A stretch of 64,000 nucleotides of DNA from Eledone cirrhosa (GCA_964016885.1 OZ024741.1:215016001-215080000), one strand, 5' to 3'. Positions 1 through 11,236 are shown, counted from the first letter of the stretch. The notes: a model not told the origin generated them from the sequence alone. Program-made: numbers and translations.

Positions 1-40
1 AACACAAACGCAAAGACACACACAGACATATATACATATA

Positions 41-160
41 TACGACGGGCTTCTTTTAGTTTCGATCCATCAAATCCACTCACAGGGCTTTAGTCGGCCC
101 AGGCAGTGGGACTGAACCCGGAAACATGTGGTTGGGAAACAAGCTTCTTGTCACACTGCA
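41..160 (-). mobile_element. tRNA-derived SINE (octopus-type), internally deleted copy
   Basis: The reverse complement reads ...AAGAAGCTTGTTTCCCAACCACATGTTTCCGGGTTCAGTCCCACTG-CCTGGGCCGACTAAAGCCCTGTGAGTGGATTTG...AAGAAGCCCGTCGTATATA. It has a B-box-like GGTTCAGTCC and resembles an octopus SINE recalled from memory, with the central segment missing. Confidence 0.65.
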
Positions 161-180
161 TATATATATATCTTAAACCA

Positions 181-330
181 TTTTGTTTGTTTACCCTAGC
201 GTCCCCTTTATTTACGTGTCCCAACGACTTTTTTTAGCCGTTGCTCGCACCAACCTGAGGTATATGGCCTTTAAAGCGATGAAATGCCTACGACGGTTGG
301 AAGGCCACTGATGAAGGACAAACTTTTTCA
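181..330 (+). repeat. Dispersed repeat; inverted second copy at ~59441-59595
   Basis: GTCCCCTTTATTTACGTGTCCCAACGACTTTTT..AGCCGTTGCTCGCACCAAC...TTTAAAGCGATGAAAT matches the reverse complement of 59441-59595. It ends in a CTGATGAAGGAC half-HHR-like motif. Confidence 0.85.
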
Positions 331-375
331 TATGTAACCCATTTGCAACGCCGCAGCTCCATTATTATCAATATT

Positions 376-468
<93 letters not shown>

Positions 469-682
469 GTGTATGTGTGTGTGTGTGTGTCTTATATACA
501 CACACACATACAGACACATTTATATATATAACCTTACACACTTAAATATAAATGCATGTATATATACAAATGTATAAATGCATAGCTATATACATACGTA
601 AATGTATGTATGTATATATGTATGTATGTATGTAGATTTATATATATATAAGTATGTATGACTTATAAAACTTACCAAACTA

Positions 683-812
683 AAGGGGCTTCTAGCGCCC
701 TCAAAGTTTCAAACGCCCCCTTACTGCATAACGCCCCCCTAACGCACCCCTGGAGCTACGAAACGCCCCCCGGGGGGAGGGCATATTCCCCCCGTTGAGA
801 ACCTTTAGTCTA
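683..812. mobile_element. Probable hAT-type DNA transposon/MITE end fragment
   Basis: Repeated subterminal AACGCCCCC motifs are followed by GTTGAGAACCTTTAG, similar to the reverse complement of CAGTGGTTCTCAAC-type hAT TIRs. The partner end is not seen. Confidence 0.45.
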
Positions 813-836
813 GTGCTTTTTCACCATCAGCAAATG

Positions 837-975
837 ATTTTTGCTACTTTAGGCACAAGGCCAGCAATTACCCAGTACATTACTGGTACTTTATTTTATC
901 GACCCCGTAAGGATGAAAGGCAATGTTAACCTCGGCGAGATTTGAACTCAGATCGTAAACGGCCGTAACTCTATG
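837..975 (-). mobile_element. SINE family S1 (5'-truncated)
   Basis: TACTGGTACTTTATTTTATCGACCCCGTAAGGATGAAAGGCAA..AACCTCGGC..GATTTGAACTCAGA core shared with more than 10 copies in the window. Confidence 0.85.
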
Positions 976-1228
976 CACCAACAGCAAATAATAAACTACA
1001 AACTAATAAACAAAGGAAGGAAGAGAAGACAAGCCATCAAAAGTGAAGCCCAAAAAGTGTTAACACCTTTATAATTAAGGTAGAATAATGGCGGGAAAAC
1101 TTGTCATTTCCACTTTGACTAAATTTCCGGAAAATGTGTAAAATAAAACAACTAATAATAAAATAAAGTGAATTATCTTGAAATTCTCTTTGTTTTCGTT
1201 TCATCTGTAAATGAAAGGAAAACAAAAG

Positions 1229-1450
1229 CATCATCATAATCATCATCATTATCGTCATCATCATCAACATCATCATCATCATCCTCATAATCACTATCAT
1301 CATCACCAACATCATCATCATTACTACCATGATCATTATCATCATCATCCTCGTCATTATCATCGGCATCATCATCATCATCAGCGCCATCATCATCAAC
1401 ACCATCATCATCATCGTCAACATCATCATCATTATCATCATAACCACCAT
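1229..1450. repeat. (CAT)n microsatellite
   Basis: Imperfect CAT repeats; they explain the poly-His/poly-Met ORFs. Confidence 0.95.
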
Positions 1451-1451
1451 G

Positions 1452-1645
1452 GGCGGTGTATAGGCAGTATCGGTAGAGAGTCGGACGCCATGCTTTGCAG
1501 CATAGAGTTACGCCCCTTTACGGTTTTAGTTCAAATCCCGCCGAGGTTAACTTTGCCTTTCATCATTACGGGGTCGATAACATAAAGTACCAGTAATACA
1601 CAGGGATAATTGTGGCCTTGTGCCAAAAGTAGAAACAATTATCAT
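1452..1645 (+). mobile_element. SINE family S1, full length (~190 bp, tRNA-derived)
   Basis: GGCGGTG start, A-box-like GGCAGTATCGGTAGAG, B-box-like GTTCAAATCC, 3' end TGGCCTTGTGCCAAAAGTAGAAACAATTAT. Confidence 0.9.
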
Positions 1646-1859
1646 TATAACCACCATCATCATCGTCATCAATAACACAAATACCATACAAGCAGTATTT
1701 CCACCATCAACAAAACACCACCACCAACACCACTACCATCAACAACAACAGCAACACCACGACCAACAATAGCATGATCTTTATTGCTGCCAATAAAATC
1801 AATAAAGATTTCTAGTTTTAGCGCAAGATCAATAATTTGAGGCTGGACTTGAAAAGTCT

Positions 1860-2660
1860 ATTAAATGAACCCCAATACTGAACTGGTGCAATATTATATC
1901 GAACCTGGGATGATAAAATGCAAAGATGACCTCGATCAGTTTTAAACTCAGATCGTCAACAGCTGAAGGAAATGCTGCAAAGTATTTTGTCCGACGCTCT
2001 AACGACTTTGCCAGTCCACTGTCAATCACAACAGCAACAATGATAATGATTCCTACAGGGCCAGCAAATCGGGAGGAGAGAAGTCGATTAAATCGACCTC
2101 AGTGCATTACTGCTACTTTATTCTATCGACCCCGTAATGATGAATGGCAAAGTTAACCTCAACAAGATTTGAATTCAGAACGTAAAGGCGCGTAACAATA
2201 TGCTACAAAGCATGTTGTCCGACACGCTACCGATATTTTAGGGATAATGACAATAATTTGGAAGTTAGGGTGGGGGTGATAATATTGATCCGAATATTTG
2301 ACCGATACTTTATTTTGTCGACCTCGGAATGATGAAAGACAAAGTAGATTTCGGTGAGATTAAAACTCAGAACGTAAAGGGCCATAACTATATGCCACAA
2401 AGCATTTATTCCCGAAGCACTTCCAATTACTCAATTACTCAGCCCACCAATAATAATAATGGTTTCTGATTTAGGCACAAGGCCAGCAATTTGGGGAGTG
2501 GAGAAAATCGAGTAAATGGACCCCAGTGAGTTACTGGTACTTTGTTTTATCGGCCCCATAAGGATGAAAAGCAAAGCTATCCTCGTCGGGATTTGAATTC
2601 AGAATGTAACTGGCCATAACTATATGGCACAAAGCATTTTGTCCAGAGCTCTAACGATTA
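1860..2660 (-). mobile_element. Cluster of four diverged S1-related SINE copies in tandem
   Basis: The ATCGACC...GATGAAAGGCAAAG...GATTTGAA.TCAGAACGT core recurs at ~1900, ~2125, ~2320 and ~2550. Confidence 0.8.
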
Positions 2661-2866
2661 ATGATAATAATTAAATAAATAAATAAACAAAAAATATTTA
2701 AATTCTATTTTTTAAATCATATATACCCTGATATGACAAACTACGATTTAAATTTTATTTTATAAATCATATATACCCTGATATATATATATATATAAAT
2801 GAGCGCAGCAAGCAATTATGAAACATTTCTTTAAATGAGGTTTTGTACCCTTATGGTATGGAAATA

Positions 2867-2946
2867 GCTGTCTGAAGATCTAATTCTTTCCATTAGAAAT
2901 TCTCTGGATTTCCAATCTTTTGATTAGTGAAACCATCGGTAAGAGC
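2867..2946 (+). ncRNA. Type I hammerhead ribozyme, long stem II (stem I mismatch)
   Basis: GCTGT-CTGAAGA-TCTAAT...ATTAGT-GAAA-CCATCGG-TA-AGAGC. Confidence 0.7.
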
Positions 2947-3331
2947 ATTAGAACAGGTGAATATTTAAATCGTTTTTAATTTATTTAAAGAATTGTTTGA
3001 TAATTGCTTGCTCGGCTCATTTTTATAGTTCTGGTATCTCAAATTAGTATCATCGAACCACAACTATTATAAATACCATGCATATTTCTGTAAGTACCTA
3101 GTGCCTGTTGGAATATCCATACCCTTTTATAATTTTTCTCCTTATGTAGAGAACAAAACGTTGTATCGCGCTGCTATTTTTAGCGGCATAATCAGCAAGT
3201 TTATAATAACCCGCTTTTACTTGTGGCCTAATTTTGCGTGTGCGTCACTTCAACGGCTTGACCGCATGCATCCGGCAGTAAGCGAAATATTGACTTACTA
3301 TGAGGTTTTGCACCCTTATGGTATGGAAATA

Positions 3332-3411
3332 GCTGTCTGAAGATATAATTCTTTTCATTGGAGATTCTCTGGATTTCCAATCTTTTGATTAGTGAACTCG
3401 TCGGTAACAGC
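3332..3411 (+). ncRNA. Type I hammerhead ribozyme, degenerate core (GAAC)
   Basis: Perfect stem I GCTGT/ACAGC, CTGAAGA core, but GAAA is changed to GAAC. Confidence 0.6.
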
Positions 3412-3589
3412 ATTAGAACAGGTGAATATTTAAATCGTGTTTTAATTTATTTAAAGAATTGTTTGATAATTGCTTGCTCCGCTCATTTTTATAGTTCTGG
3501 TATCTCAAATTAGTATCATCGAACCACAACTATTATAAACACCATGCATATTTCTGTAGGTACCTAGTGCCTGTTGGAATATCCATATC

Positions 3590-3680
<91 letters not shown>

Positions 3681-3688
3681 ATATATAT

Positions 3689-4468
3689 ACAAATTTTAGT
3701 ACAGCATCAACGAAGCTTTAAGTTGCAGCCAAACTAACGAATGCAGTTTCGGTGTGAGGCTAACCACTCAATGGAGAATTTTACCCCAGAGTTATAACAT
3801 TACGTTTAGACAGCTTTGCAAATCAAACACAGCGACCCATAGGCTGGCCTCTAAGACCATAGCGACGAAAACAACTGAACTCAGGAAAAATGTTTGACTG
3901 GCTTGGACCGTCGTGTAGACATTACATGCAACACATAATGTGTACCATATAATACACATCACATGCAACATACAAGATTTCCGCTACGTTTCTGTAAATC
4001 CGAAATCGACAAATTCCACTTGCAGGGGTCTGTAAGTTAATGGCTTTTGACGACAGAACAAAGGAATTACTTCGTCAACAAGTTTTTCGTTCTGTTCCCC
4101 AACAGGTGTGCGTTCTAGTAGTAAACACCGTAGAGGCACATGGTTCTCCCAAAGGGAGGTAACCCCGTGTTGGCGGTCAATTCGAAATTTGGAACAAAGG
4201 AATAGAATTCCCTTACACAAAGCGAATTAAGCATTCAACTAGAAGTTATCAAACAAACATAAACAATTAATCAATCAATAGAATTGTCTAATTAAATTAA
4301 TCAATTAATAGTTAATTCTAGGAGTTAATAATACAAATTTTACTACAGCATCAACGAAGCTTTAGGTTGCAGCCAAGCTAACAAATGCAGTTTCGGTGTA
4401 CAGCTAAGCACTCAATGGAGAATTTTACCCCAGAGTTATAACATTACGTTTAGACAGCTTTGCAAATC
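3689..4468. repeat. ~140-bp direct repeats (3689-3827, 4333-4469) flanking ~500 bp of unique sequence
   Basis: ACAAATTTTA.TACAGCATCAACGAAGCTTTA.GTTGCAGCC...GACAGCTTTGCAAATCA occurs twice. The unit is bounded by (TA)n. Confidence 0.8.
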
Positions 4469-4567
4469 ATATATATATATATACAAATAAAATACAGAGT
4501 TATTAACTCATATTGATACCCTCGTAATTTTAGACACGGAATTTACTGTGTTTATTTATACATATAT

Positions 4568-4622
<55 letters not shown>

Positions 4623-4632
<10 letters not shown>

Positions 4633-5310
4633 TATGTACACGTACATACATATATGTATACAGACGTACAGTAGTATGTATATATATATAAACACATATA
4701 TATACATGCACACATATACATATGTACGTATGGATTCACCAAACATTTATTATAATGCTCGGTGTGTTTGTAAAGAAACATCCCGTATTAAACCGTAGTG
4801 TCTAGCAACCACCGTTGCTCGTTTGTTCAACACTGACAAAGGAACGCTGTACTAGTTTCAAGCTTATTAGCTATCGTCAGCAACGTATACCTTCCTGCCA
4901 GATTGTTGAACGTCCGAAAGTATATACTTTCCTTATGCATATTAACGGCTGAGTAGCCCAATTTGCATATCGAGTGGGTTAATCGGCCGGGTGCACCGAA
5001 AACGATAAACGGAAAAAATGAAACGAAATTTCATTTCCCACTCTTAGTACGGCTGTTACTTAAATATAAGTATGTACACGTACATACATATATGTATACA
5101 GACGTACAGTAGTATGTATATATATATATACACATATATATACATGCACGCATATATATATGTACGTATGGATTCACCAAACATTTATTATAATGCTCGG
5201 TGAGTTTGTAAACAAACATCCCGTATATGTGTGAATGTATATATATATGTGTATATATATATACATACTACTGTACGCCTGTATACATATATGTATGTAC
5301 ATTTTTTCCG
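4623..5310 (-). mobile_element. ~430-bp HHR-bearing tandem repeat family R430 (retrozyme-like), locus 1 (~1.4 monomers)
   Basis: The unit restarts at ~5060. The same unit recurs at 37130-37420, 38560-40800 and 59710-60865. HHR at 4844-4886. Confidence 0.85.
4844..4886 (-). ncRNA. Minimal type I hammerhead ribozyme (R430)
   Basis: The reverse complement is ACGTTG-CTGACGA-TAGCT AATA AGCTT-GAA-ACTAGT-A-CAGCGT: 6-bp stem I, intact core, palindromic stem III, GUA cleavage triplet. Confidence 0.88.
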
Positions 5311-5328
5311 TTTATATATATATATATA

Positions 5329-5975
5329 TCATAGGTTGAGTTAGAAACTCAAAATAGTCTTTTACAATTAAATAGCTCAAAGAAGGGAAACATTTCCGAG
5401 CCGTGTAATCTAATTGGATATATGAGAGGGATGAACACAGATATAAGTGCACATGTGTTCCAATTGCAAATGACCAAGTTAGCTAGGTTGATAAAATACT
5501 AATTTAAAACAATATGGTTTACCTGACTCGATTTAAAGTAATAAATCAATAAGAATAACAAATCTATATCGGGCAATAGCATTTGATACGCGGACAGACC
5601 CAAAATCTGTGTTGCAAGAATTATTAAGTGAAAGCCAGAATTCCTGTGCTCACCTGCGCGTATCTAGGACAATTCGTACCTTTCACTTCAAAACATCTAA
5701 GGAGACTGAGAGATATACTGTTATTATAAACGCAGCGACTAGCGCGTCTCATACTCATGCCGCTAAAAATAGCAGTTGGGTTTATGAGACTAAGATTAGC
5801 TCCATATACGGAACCGAAAATATCATAGATTGAGTTATAAACTCAAAATAGTCTTTTACAATTAAATAGCTCAAAGAAGGGAAACTTTCCGAGCCGTGTA
5901 ATATAATTGGATATACGAGAGGGGTGAACACAGAGATAAGTATACATGTGTTCAAATTGCAAAAGACAAAGTTTT
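5329..5975. repeat. Dispersed repeat family F2, two direct copies (5329-5600, 5823-5975)
   Basis: TTGAGTTA.AAACTCAAAATAGTCTTTTACAATTAAATAGCTCAAAGAAGGGAAAC..TTCCGAGCCGTGTAAT. Related copies lie at 20770-21275, 24570-25420 and 25695-26365. Confidence 0.8.
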
Positions 5976-5999
5976 AAATATATAAATATATATTTTCGA

Positions 6000-7115
6000 G
6001 TTGAATTGTTGCCAGCGAACATGAGGGATGCGGCGTAAATAATTGTTTCTACTTTAGGCACAAGTCCAGCAATTACCCAGTGCATTACTGGTACTTTATT
6101 TTATCGACCCCGTAAGGATGAAAGGCAAAGTCAACCTCGGCAGGATTTGAACTCAGATCGTAAAGGGACGTAACTATGCTGGAAAGCATGGCGTCCGACC
6201 CTCTACCGATACTGCCAATCCACCGCCTGGATGCGGCGTAAATAATGATGTTCGAACACTTCCAGTTTGCGCATGTCCTCAGCTCTCAGTGGCCAGGTTT
6301 CACAGCCGTATAGCAGGATTGTTCGGACGAGGGCTTGGTAGATCCGAATTTTGATGGTCAGATTAATTTCATTTCTCCTCCACAGCCGAGCGCGTAAACG
6401 ACAGAAGGCGAGACGAGCGTTACCGATGCGACCATTTATATCCTCAACTCCTTGGCCTGTTGCAGTGACATCTCAAGGGAGAGACATCCTTGTTTGCCGT
6501 AGATCTTCCACAGACACAGAGACAAAAACGACCAGAAGCCACCGGATTCCGATGCAGACGCCTCTTGGGTTTTCACCAGAGCCTTGTTTGCCGGGCTGCG
6601 GCCCTAATACCGCTGGGTGCCAGAACTGTCCGCCTTGGGAGGCCCTACCAGGAACTTGAGTTCTAGACGACATAACTCTGACACTACCCGTTGCCACCGC
6701 CCCTAACGCGATGAGGAAGGGTTGAACTTTCGGGGCAATTCATCTCGAATTCTGCAATCCGTGCAAGCTGCAAAATCTCCTCCCTCCAGCAAGCTCTTCT
6801 CACGAGGCGTCTTCGCTGGCTTGGTCATGCTCTCCGTCGACAACGGGGCCACTTCATCCGCAAAGCCATTGATCCATCTCCTCCGTTGGGATGGAGGAAA
6901 CGTCGTGGAGGCCAACTGAAAATGTGGTTTAGGACAGTGAGGCAAGACGCTGAGTTGATCTTAGGCCCACGCCTGTATGGAGTTCGGTGATGTAACCGCG
7001 AATGGCTGACACTCATATATTCGATAGCGTCGGACCGTCGTGCTTGGTCGGCCTACATTCGGGATACGGTAAATTCGTTGGATGGAGCCGGCTACCGACC
7101 CAGGGTGAAAGCCGT
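6000..7115 (-). mobile_element. RTE-clade LINE remnant (post-RT region joined to GC-richer putative 5' sequence), interrupted by a SINE
   Basis: Manual translation of the minus strand of ~6480-6230 gives DINGRIGNARLAFCRLRARLWRRNEINLTIKIRIYQALVRTILLYGCETWPLRAEDMRKLEVFEHHYLRRI. It continues past the SINE as PHVRWQQ. LLYGCETW is typical of RTE C-terminal regions. Confidence 0.8.
6044..6228 (-). mobile_element. SINE S1, full length with 18-bp target-site duplication
   Basis: GGATGCGGCGTAAATAAT is present at 6026-6043 and 6229-6246 on either side of the SINE. Confidence 0.92.
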
Positions 7116-7172
7116 CACACACACACACATATACCCTGATATGACAAACAAAGATTAACATTTTATTTTATA

Positions 7173-7816
7173 CTAGCAGCAGTACCCGGCGTTGCACGGG
7201 ATAAGGTATTTTGGTACGCGAGCCGCCAACAGACCTAATCGTGGGAAAACTGCATGCCTGGACAATATGTAAAGAAAATAAACCGAATACGCTGATGGCT
7301 GGATAATCTTTAAGATTTCCCTCGATGAAGCAGGAAAAATGCAGATTTTCACCTAATGCGGGTCCTAGGAGATCAAGAGAATGAATTGTTTTTATGTTGC
7401 ATAATATGCCTTGAAATTTCGCGAAAATCGGCTAGACGTAACGTCTCTAAAAAGCCAAAATAGCTGAAAAAATGAAGTTTTTCACCTAATGCCAAAAAAA
7501 AGTTGGTTTTTCTTTGCTCATGGTATGAAGAAGAGACTGACTAATACATAGTTACAATTTCAAAGAAATCGGTCTGACGTAACACCTCAAAAAAAACCCC
7601 TAAAAAGCTGAAGAAACGCAGTTTTTCACCTAATGCATTTTTCACCTAGGGGATCAAAAAAGTTGAATTTATTTATATGCATAACACTCCCTGAAACATA
7701 AGTAATACACATCTAAAGCTTGAAAAAGATCGGTTGGGTACTTCACGAGTTTTAGGGATTCAAACTCCCCCCCCCACACACACACACACAGACATCCCCA
7801 GTTATATATATATAGA
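7173..7816 (-). mobile_element. Non-autonomous Helitron (family H1)
   Basis: The minus strand begins TC(TATATATATAA) and ends with hairpin CCCGTGCAACGCCGGG then CTAG. It is inserted between A and T with no TSD, and removing it restores the local ~50-bp tandem repeat. Confidence 0.8.
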
Positions 7817-8177
7817 TATCGTATATACCCTGATATGACAAACAAAGATTTAAATTTTATTTTGTATATCATATATACCCTGATATGACAAACTAAGATT
7901 TAAATTCTATTTTATAAATCATATACACCCTAATTAAAATGCATTTTTAGGTCTGTAAAGATATATTTATCTAAGTCATTGTTAAGGGGAGCTAATCCAT
8001 ATATAAATCATATATACCCTGATTAAAATGCATTTTTAGGTCTGTAAAGATATATTTATCTAAGTCATTGGTAAGGGGAGTTAATCCATATATATGTATT
8101 TTTTCACTTGTTTTGTTTATATTTCAAGTTCTTACAGAAAAGGATGTTCTTTTTTATATTTATGTCTTTTATTAGTA

Positions 8178-8663
8178 CTAGCAGAAAACCACCCTTAGGG
8201 TGGTTTTCTGCTAGCATGTGTAGTGTGTATATTGATATTATACGCAAGTATATATGCATGTAGATATGATACATCAAATAAAATCGTAATTAACAATATA
8301 CCAGAAATTGAACGAAGACTGTGTTACACTGTCTTATGTAATCACTAACATAATCCGTGATACATTAAAAAAAGACGATATTATATATAAACTGCATTAG
8401 GAGAAAATTAGTGACGGAAATATATGAATGTTTATTTAAGCGAAGCGATCGCTAAACGGAAGTGTTGACATTTGAAAATTTTAAAGAAGTGAATCTTTAA
8501 AAAAACAATAACATATAGTTAATCAACAGCCACGAAATTTAGTAGATAAATTATGTAATATTCATTCATTATTTATTCAAATTAATCCAACTTATTTTAC
8601 TAATGGGATAAAAATGTATAAACCGTACGCAGTCCCGCGCTCCTTACTTTATGAAAGTTTAGA
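8178..8663 (-). mobile_element. Non-autonomous Helitron-like element (family H2)
   Basis: 5' TC and 3' CTAG on the minus strand, with terminal palindrome CTAGCAGAAAACCACCCT-T-AGGGTGGTTTTCTGCTAG. Further copies at 53021-53515 and 54087-54205. Confidence 0.7.
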
Positions 8664-8799
8664 TTATCAAATAATATATTAAAAAAACTCATATCAACAG
8701 AAGCGATAATAACAATAACAACAATAATAAGAACAATAACAGTTTTTTTAATATGTCAACATCTAATAAAGGGAAATTCCTTTTTTTCTCATCCTCCAC

Positions 8800-9056
8800 A
8801 TTCTTCTTCTTCTTCTTCTTTCTTTTTTTTTTTCTTACTTCTTCAACGTCCTTTTCTTCTTTTTCTAAGTCTTCTTTCTTTCTTTTCTCCTCTTTTCTTC
8901 TTCTTGTTCTTCTTGTTCTTGTTGTTGTTCTTCTTCTTCTTCTTCTTCTTTCTTTCTTTCTTTCTTTTTTCTTACTTCTTCAACGTCTTCTTCTTCTTCT
9001 TCTTCTTCTTCTCCTCTTCCTCCTCCCCCTCCTCCTCCTCCTCCTCCTCCTCCTCC

Positions 9057-9093
<37 letters not shown>

Positions 9094-9100
9094 CCTCCTT
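8800..9100. repeat. Compound (CTT)n/(CCT)n/(CAT)n microsatellite
   Basis: Direct inspection. Confidence 0.9.
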
Positions 9101-9449
9101 CTCCCACCCCTGTCTCCACGCCATTACAACATGCCACACAACTTCCCCTCCTTCACGCCGCCATTGCTGTTGTAGTGGAAGCCGTTAATTTCCTCCTCAT
9201 ATATTCTTCAACTAGTCGAGATAAAATCTGCGTTTTTTGGGAGGGTTTCTGGTGGTGCGTTGGGCTCTTGTGGATTTGGCGGAGGCGAGCGGTGATTGGT
9301 AGGGAGTGGGGCAGTACAGGTAAGGGTGGTGGTAGAATTAGGTGTATGGGGTGGAGAAGATGGTCATTAACATCTCTGAACGATAATTCGAATTAAATTA
9401 TGATTAATTAACGCTGTCCAACGTTGAAAACTCATCAAAAACAAAAGTT

Positions 9450-10010
9450 TGTATGTTTGTTGTTGTCATTGTTGCTGTTTGTTGTTGTTGTTGTCATTGC
9501 TGCTGTGTATGTCAGAGTCATTGTTCCTGTGTGTGTTGTTGTTTCTGCGTTTGTTGTTGTTGTTGTCATTGGTGTTGTCATTATTGCTGTGCTTGTTGTT
9601 GTTGTCATTGTTGTTGTTGTTGTTGTTGCTGCTGTGTATGTCAGAGTCATTGTTCCTGTGTGTTGTTGTTGTTGTTGCTGTGTTTGTTGTTGTTGTTGTT
9701 GTCGTTGCTGCTGTTGTTATTGTTATTTTTGTTGTTGTTGATGCTGTTGTTATTGCTATTGCTGTCGTCATTGTTGTTACTTTTATTCTTGTTGTTGTTG
9801 ATATTGTTGGCATTGTTGTTGTGATTATTTTTGTTGTTGTTGTTGCTGTTGATGTTATTATTGTTATTGTTGTGATTGTTGTTGTCGTTGCTGTTGTTAT
9901 TGTTATTGCTGTCGTTGTTGTTGTTAATGATATGTTTGTGACTGTTGTTGTTGCTGTTGTTGTTATTGTCATTGCTGCCGATATCAATATTGTTGGCGTT
10001 GTTGTTGGAG
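9450..10010. repeat. (GTT)n-rich low-complexity tract
   Basis: Direct inspection; explains the poly-V/C/L/T ORFs. Confidence 0.9.
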
Positions 10011-10073
10011 GTGTCGGGGGCTGGTGTAGAATGATATCGGATGACAATTCCTTAATATTATATTGCTGCGAAA

Positions 10074-10340
10074 TAATTGTTTCTACTTTTGGCACAAGGC
10101 CAGCAATTAACCAGTGTATTACTGGTACTTTATTTTATCGACCCCGTAAGGATGAAAGGCAAAGTTAACCTCGGCAGGATTTGAACTCAGAATGGCAAGG
10201 ACCGTAACTCTATGCGTCAAAGCATGGCGTCCGACCCTCTACCGATACTGCCAATCCACAGCGAAATAATTGTTTCTACTTTAGGCACAAGGCCAGCAAA
10301 TACCCAGTGCATTACTGGTACTTTATTTTATCGACCCCGT
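10074..10340 (-). mobile_element. SINE S1 near-full copy plus adjacent partial copy
   Basis: S1 consensus match; GCGAAATAAT is repeated at 10068 and 10261. Confidence 0.85.
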
Positions 10341-10379
10341 GTTTGTTGTCTAGTGCAATATGAAGATTAAATAGTAATA

Positions 10380-10742
10380 GCTGAGAGAGGGGAGAGAAAG
10401 GGGGGAGAGAGGGGGAGATGTTGAAAGAGAGGGGTGATGGGAGAGAGATGGGAGGGGAGAGAGAGGGGGGAGATGAAAGAGCGGGGAGGTGAGAGAGGGG
10501 CGGGTTAGGGAGATTGAGGGAGATAGAGAGGTGGGGGGAGGGGGGAGATAGAAGGAGGGGGAGATAGTGCAAGGAGAGGGGGAGAGAGAAGGGGAGAGGG
10601 AGGAGAGGGAGGGATAGAGAGAGCATCACATCGGGTGTGGGAAAGAAAGATTGAATGAGAGAGGAGGGGCGTAGTGGAGGAGGAGGAGGAGGAGGAGGAG
10701 GAGGAGGAGGAGGAGAAGAAGAAGAAGAAGAAGAAGAAGAAG
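10380..10742. repeat. Polypurine GA-rich tract with (GGA)n(GAA)n
   Basis: Direct inspection. Confidence 0.9.
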
Positions 10743-11053
10743 TTATTGGAGATTGTATGAAAACTGTTTATCCACCATTTTGGCGATAAAATATGATAAA
10801 AAGCAAAAAAGTAGAAGCAGTCACCTGACGATAAGATGGCGTGAAACTCGTAGCAACTATCGCTGAGAAACATTGAATTTGCTGTATACTAAATATGTAA
10901 GGAAAATGGTCGTCTGGTAGAAATTGGAAAACCGGTTGGCTGTTTCAGTTTTTAACACTGTTACACATTAATGTGTATAGACACATTTACAAATACTCCC
11001 CGCATATATATATGTATATATAAATATATATGTATATATATATAATATATATG

Positions 11054-11123
<70 letters not shown>

Positions 11124-11205
11124 TATATATATAAATAATCTTTTATACACACACACACATATATATATATGTGTGTGTGTATATATATGTATATATGTAT
11201 ATATG

Positions 11206-11236
<31 letters not shown>

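Larger units (their letters stand above)
2797..3595 (+). mobile_element. Non-coding pLTR/retrozyme-like element: two ~295-bp direct repeats (period 465) each with an HHR, plus a short 5' inverted segment
   Basis: 2836-3128 matches 3301-3595. 2797-2835 is the reverse complement of ~2984-3020. HHR motifs lie at 2867-2946 and 3332-3411. Confidence 0.75.

Noticed and set aside
305-345. CTGATGAAGGAC half motif
   Set aside because: No downstream stem II closure or GAAA; the second copy (59441) is cut by (TA)n.
10820-10857. HHR-like CTGACGA...GAAACTCGTA
   Set aside because: Core words are present but stems I and II do not pair adequately.
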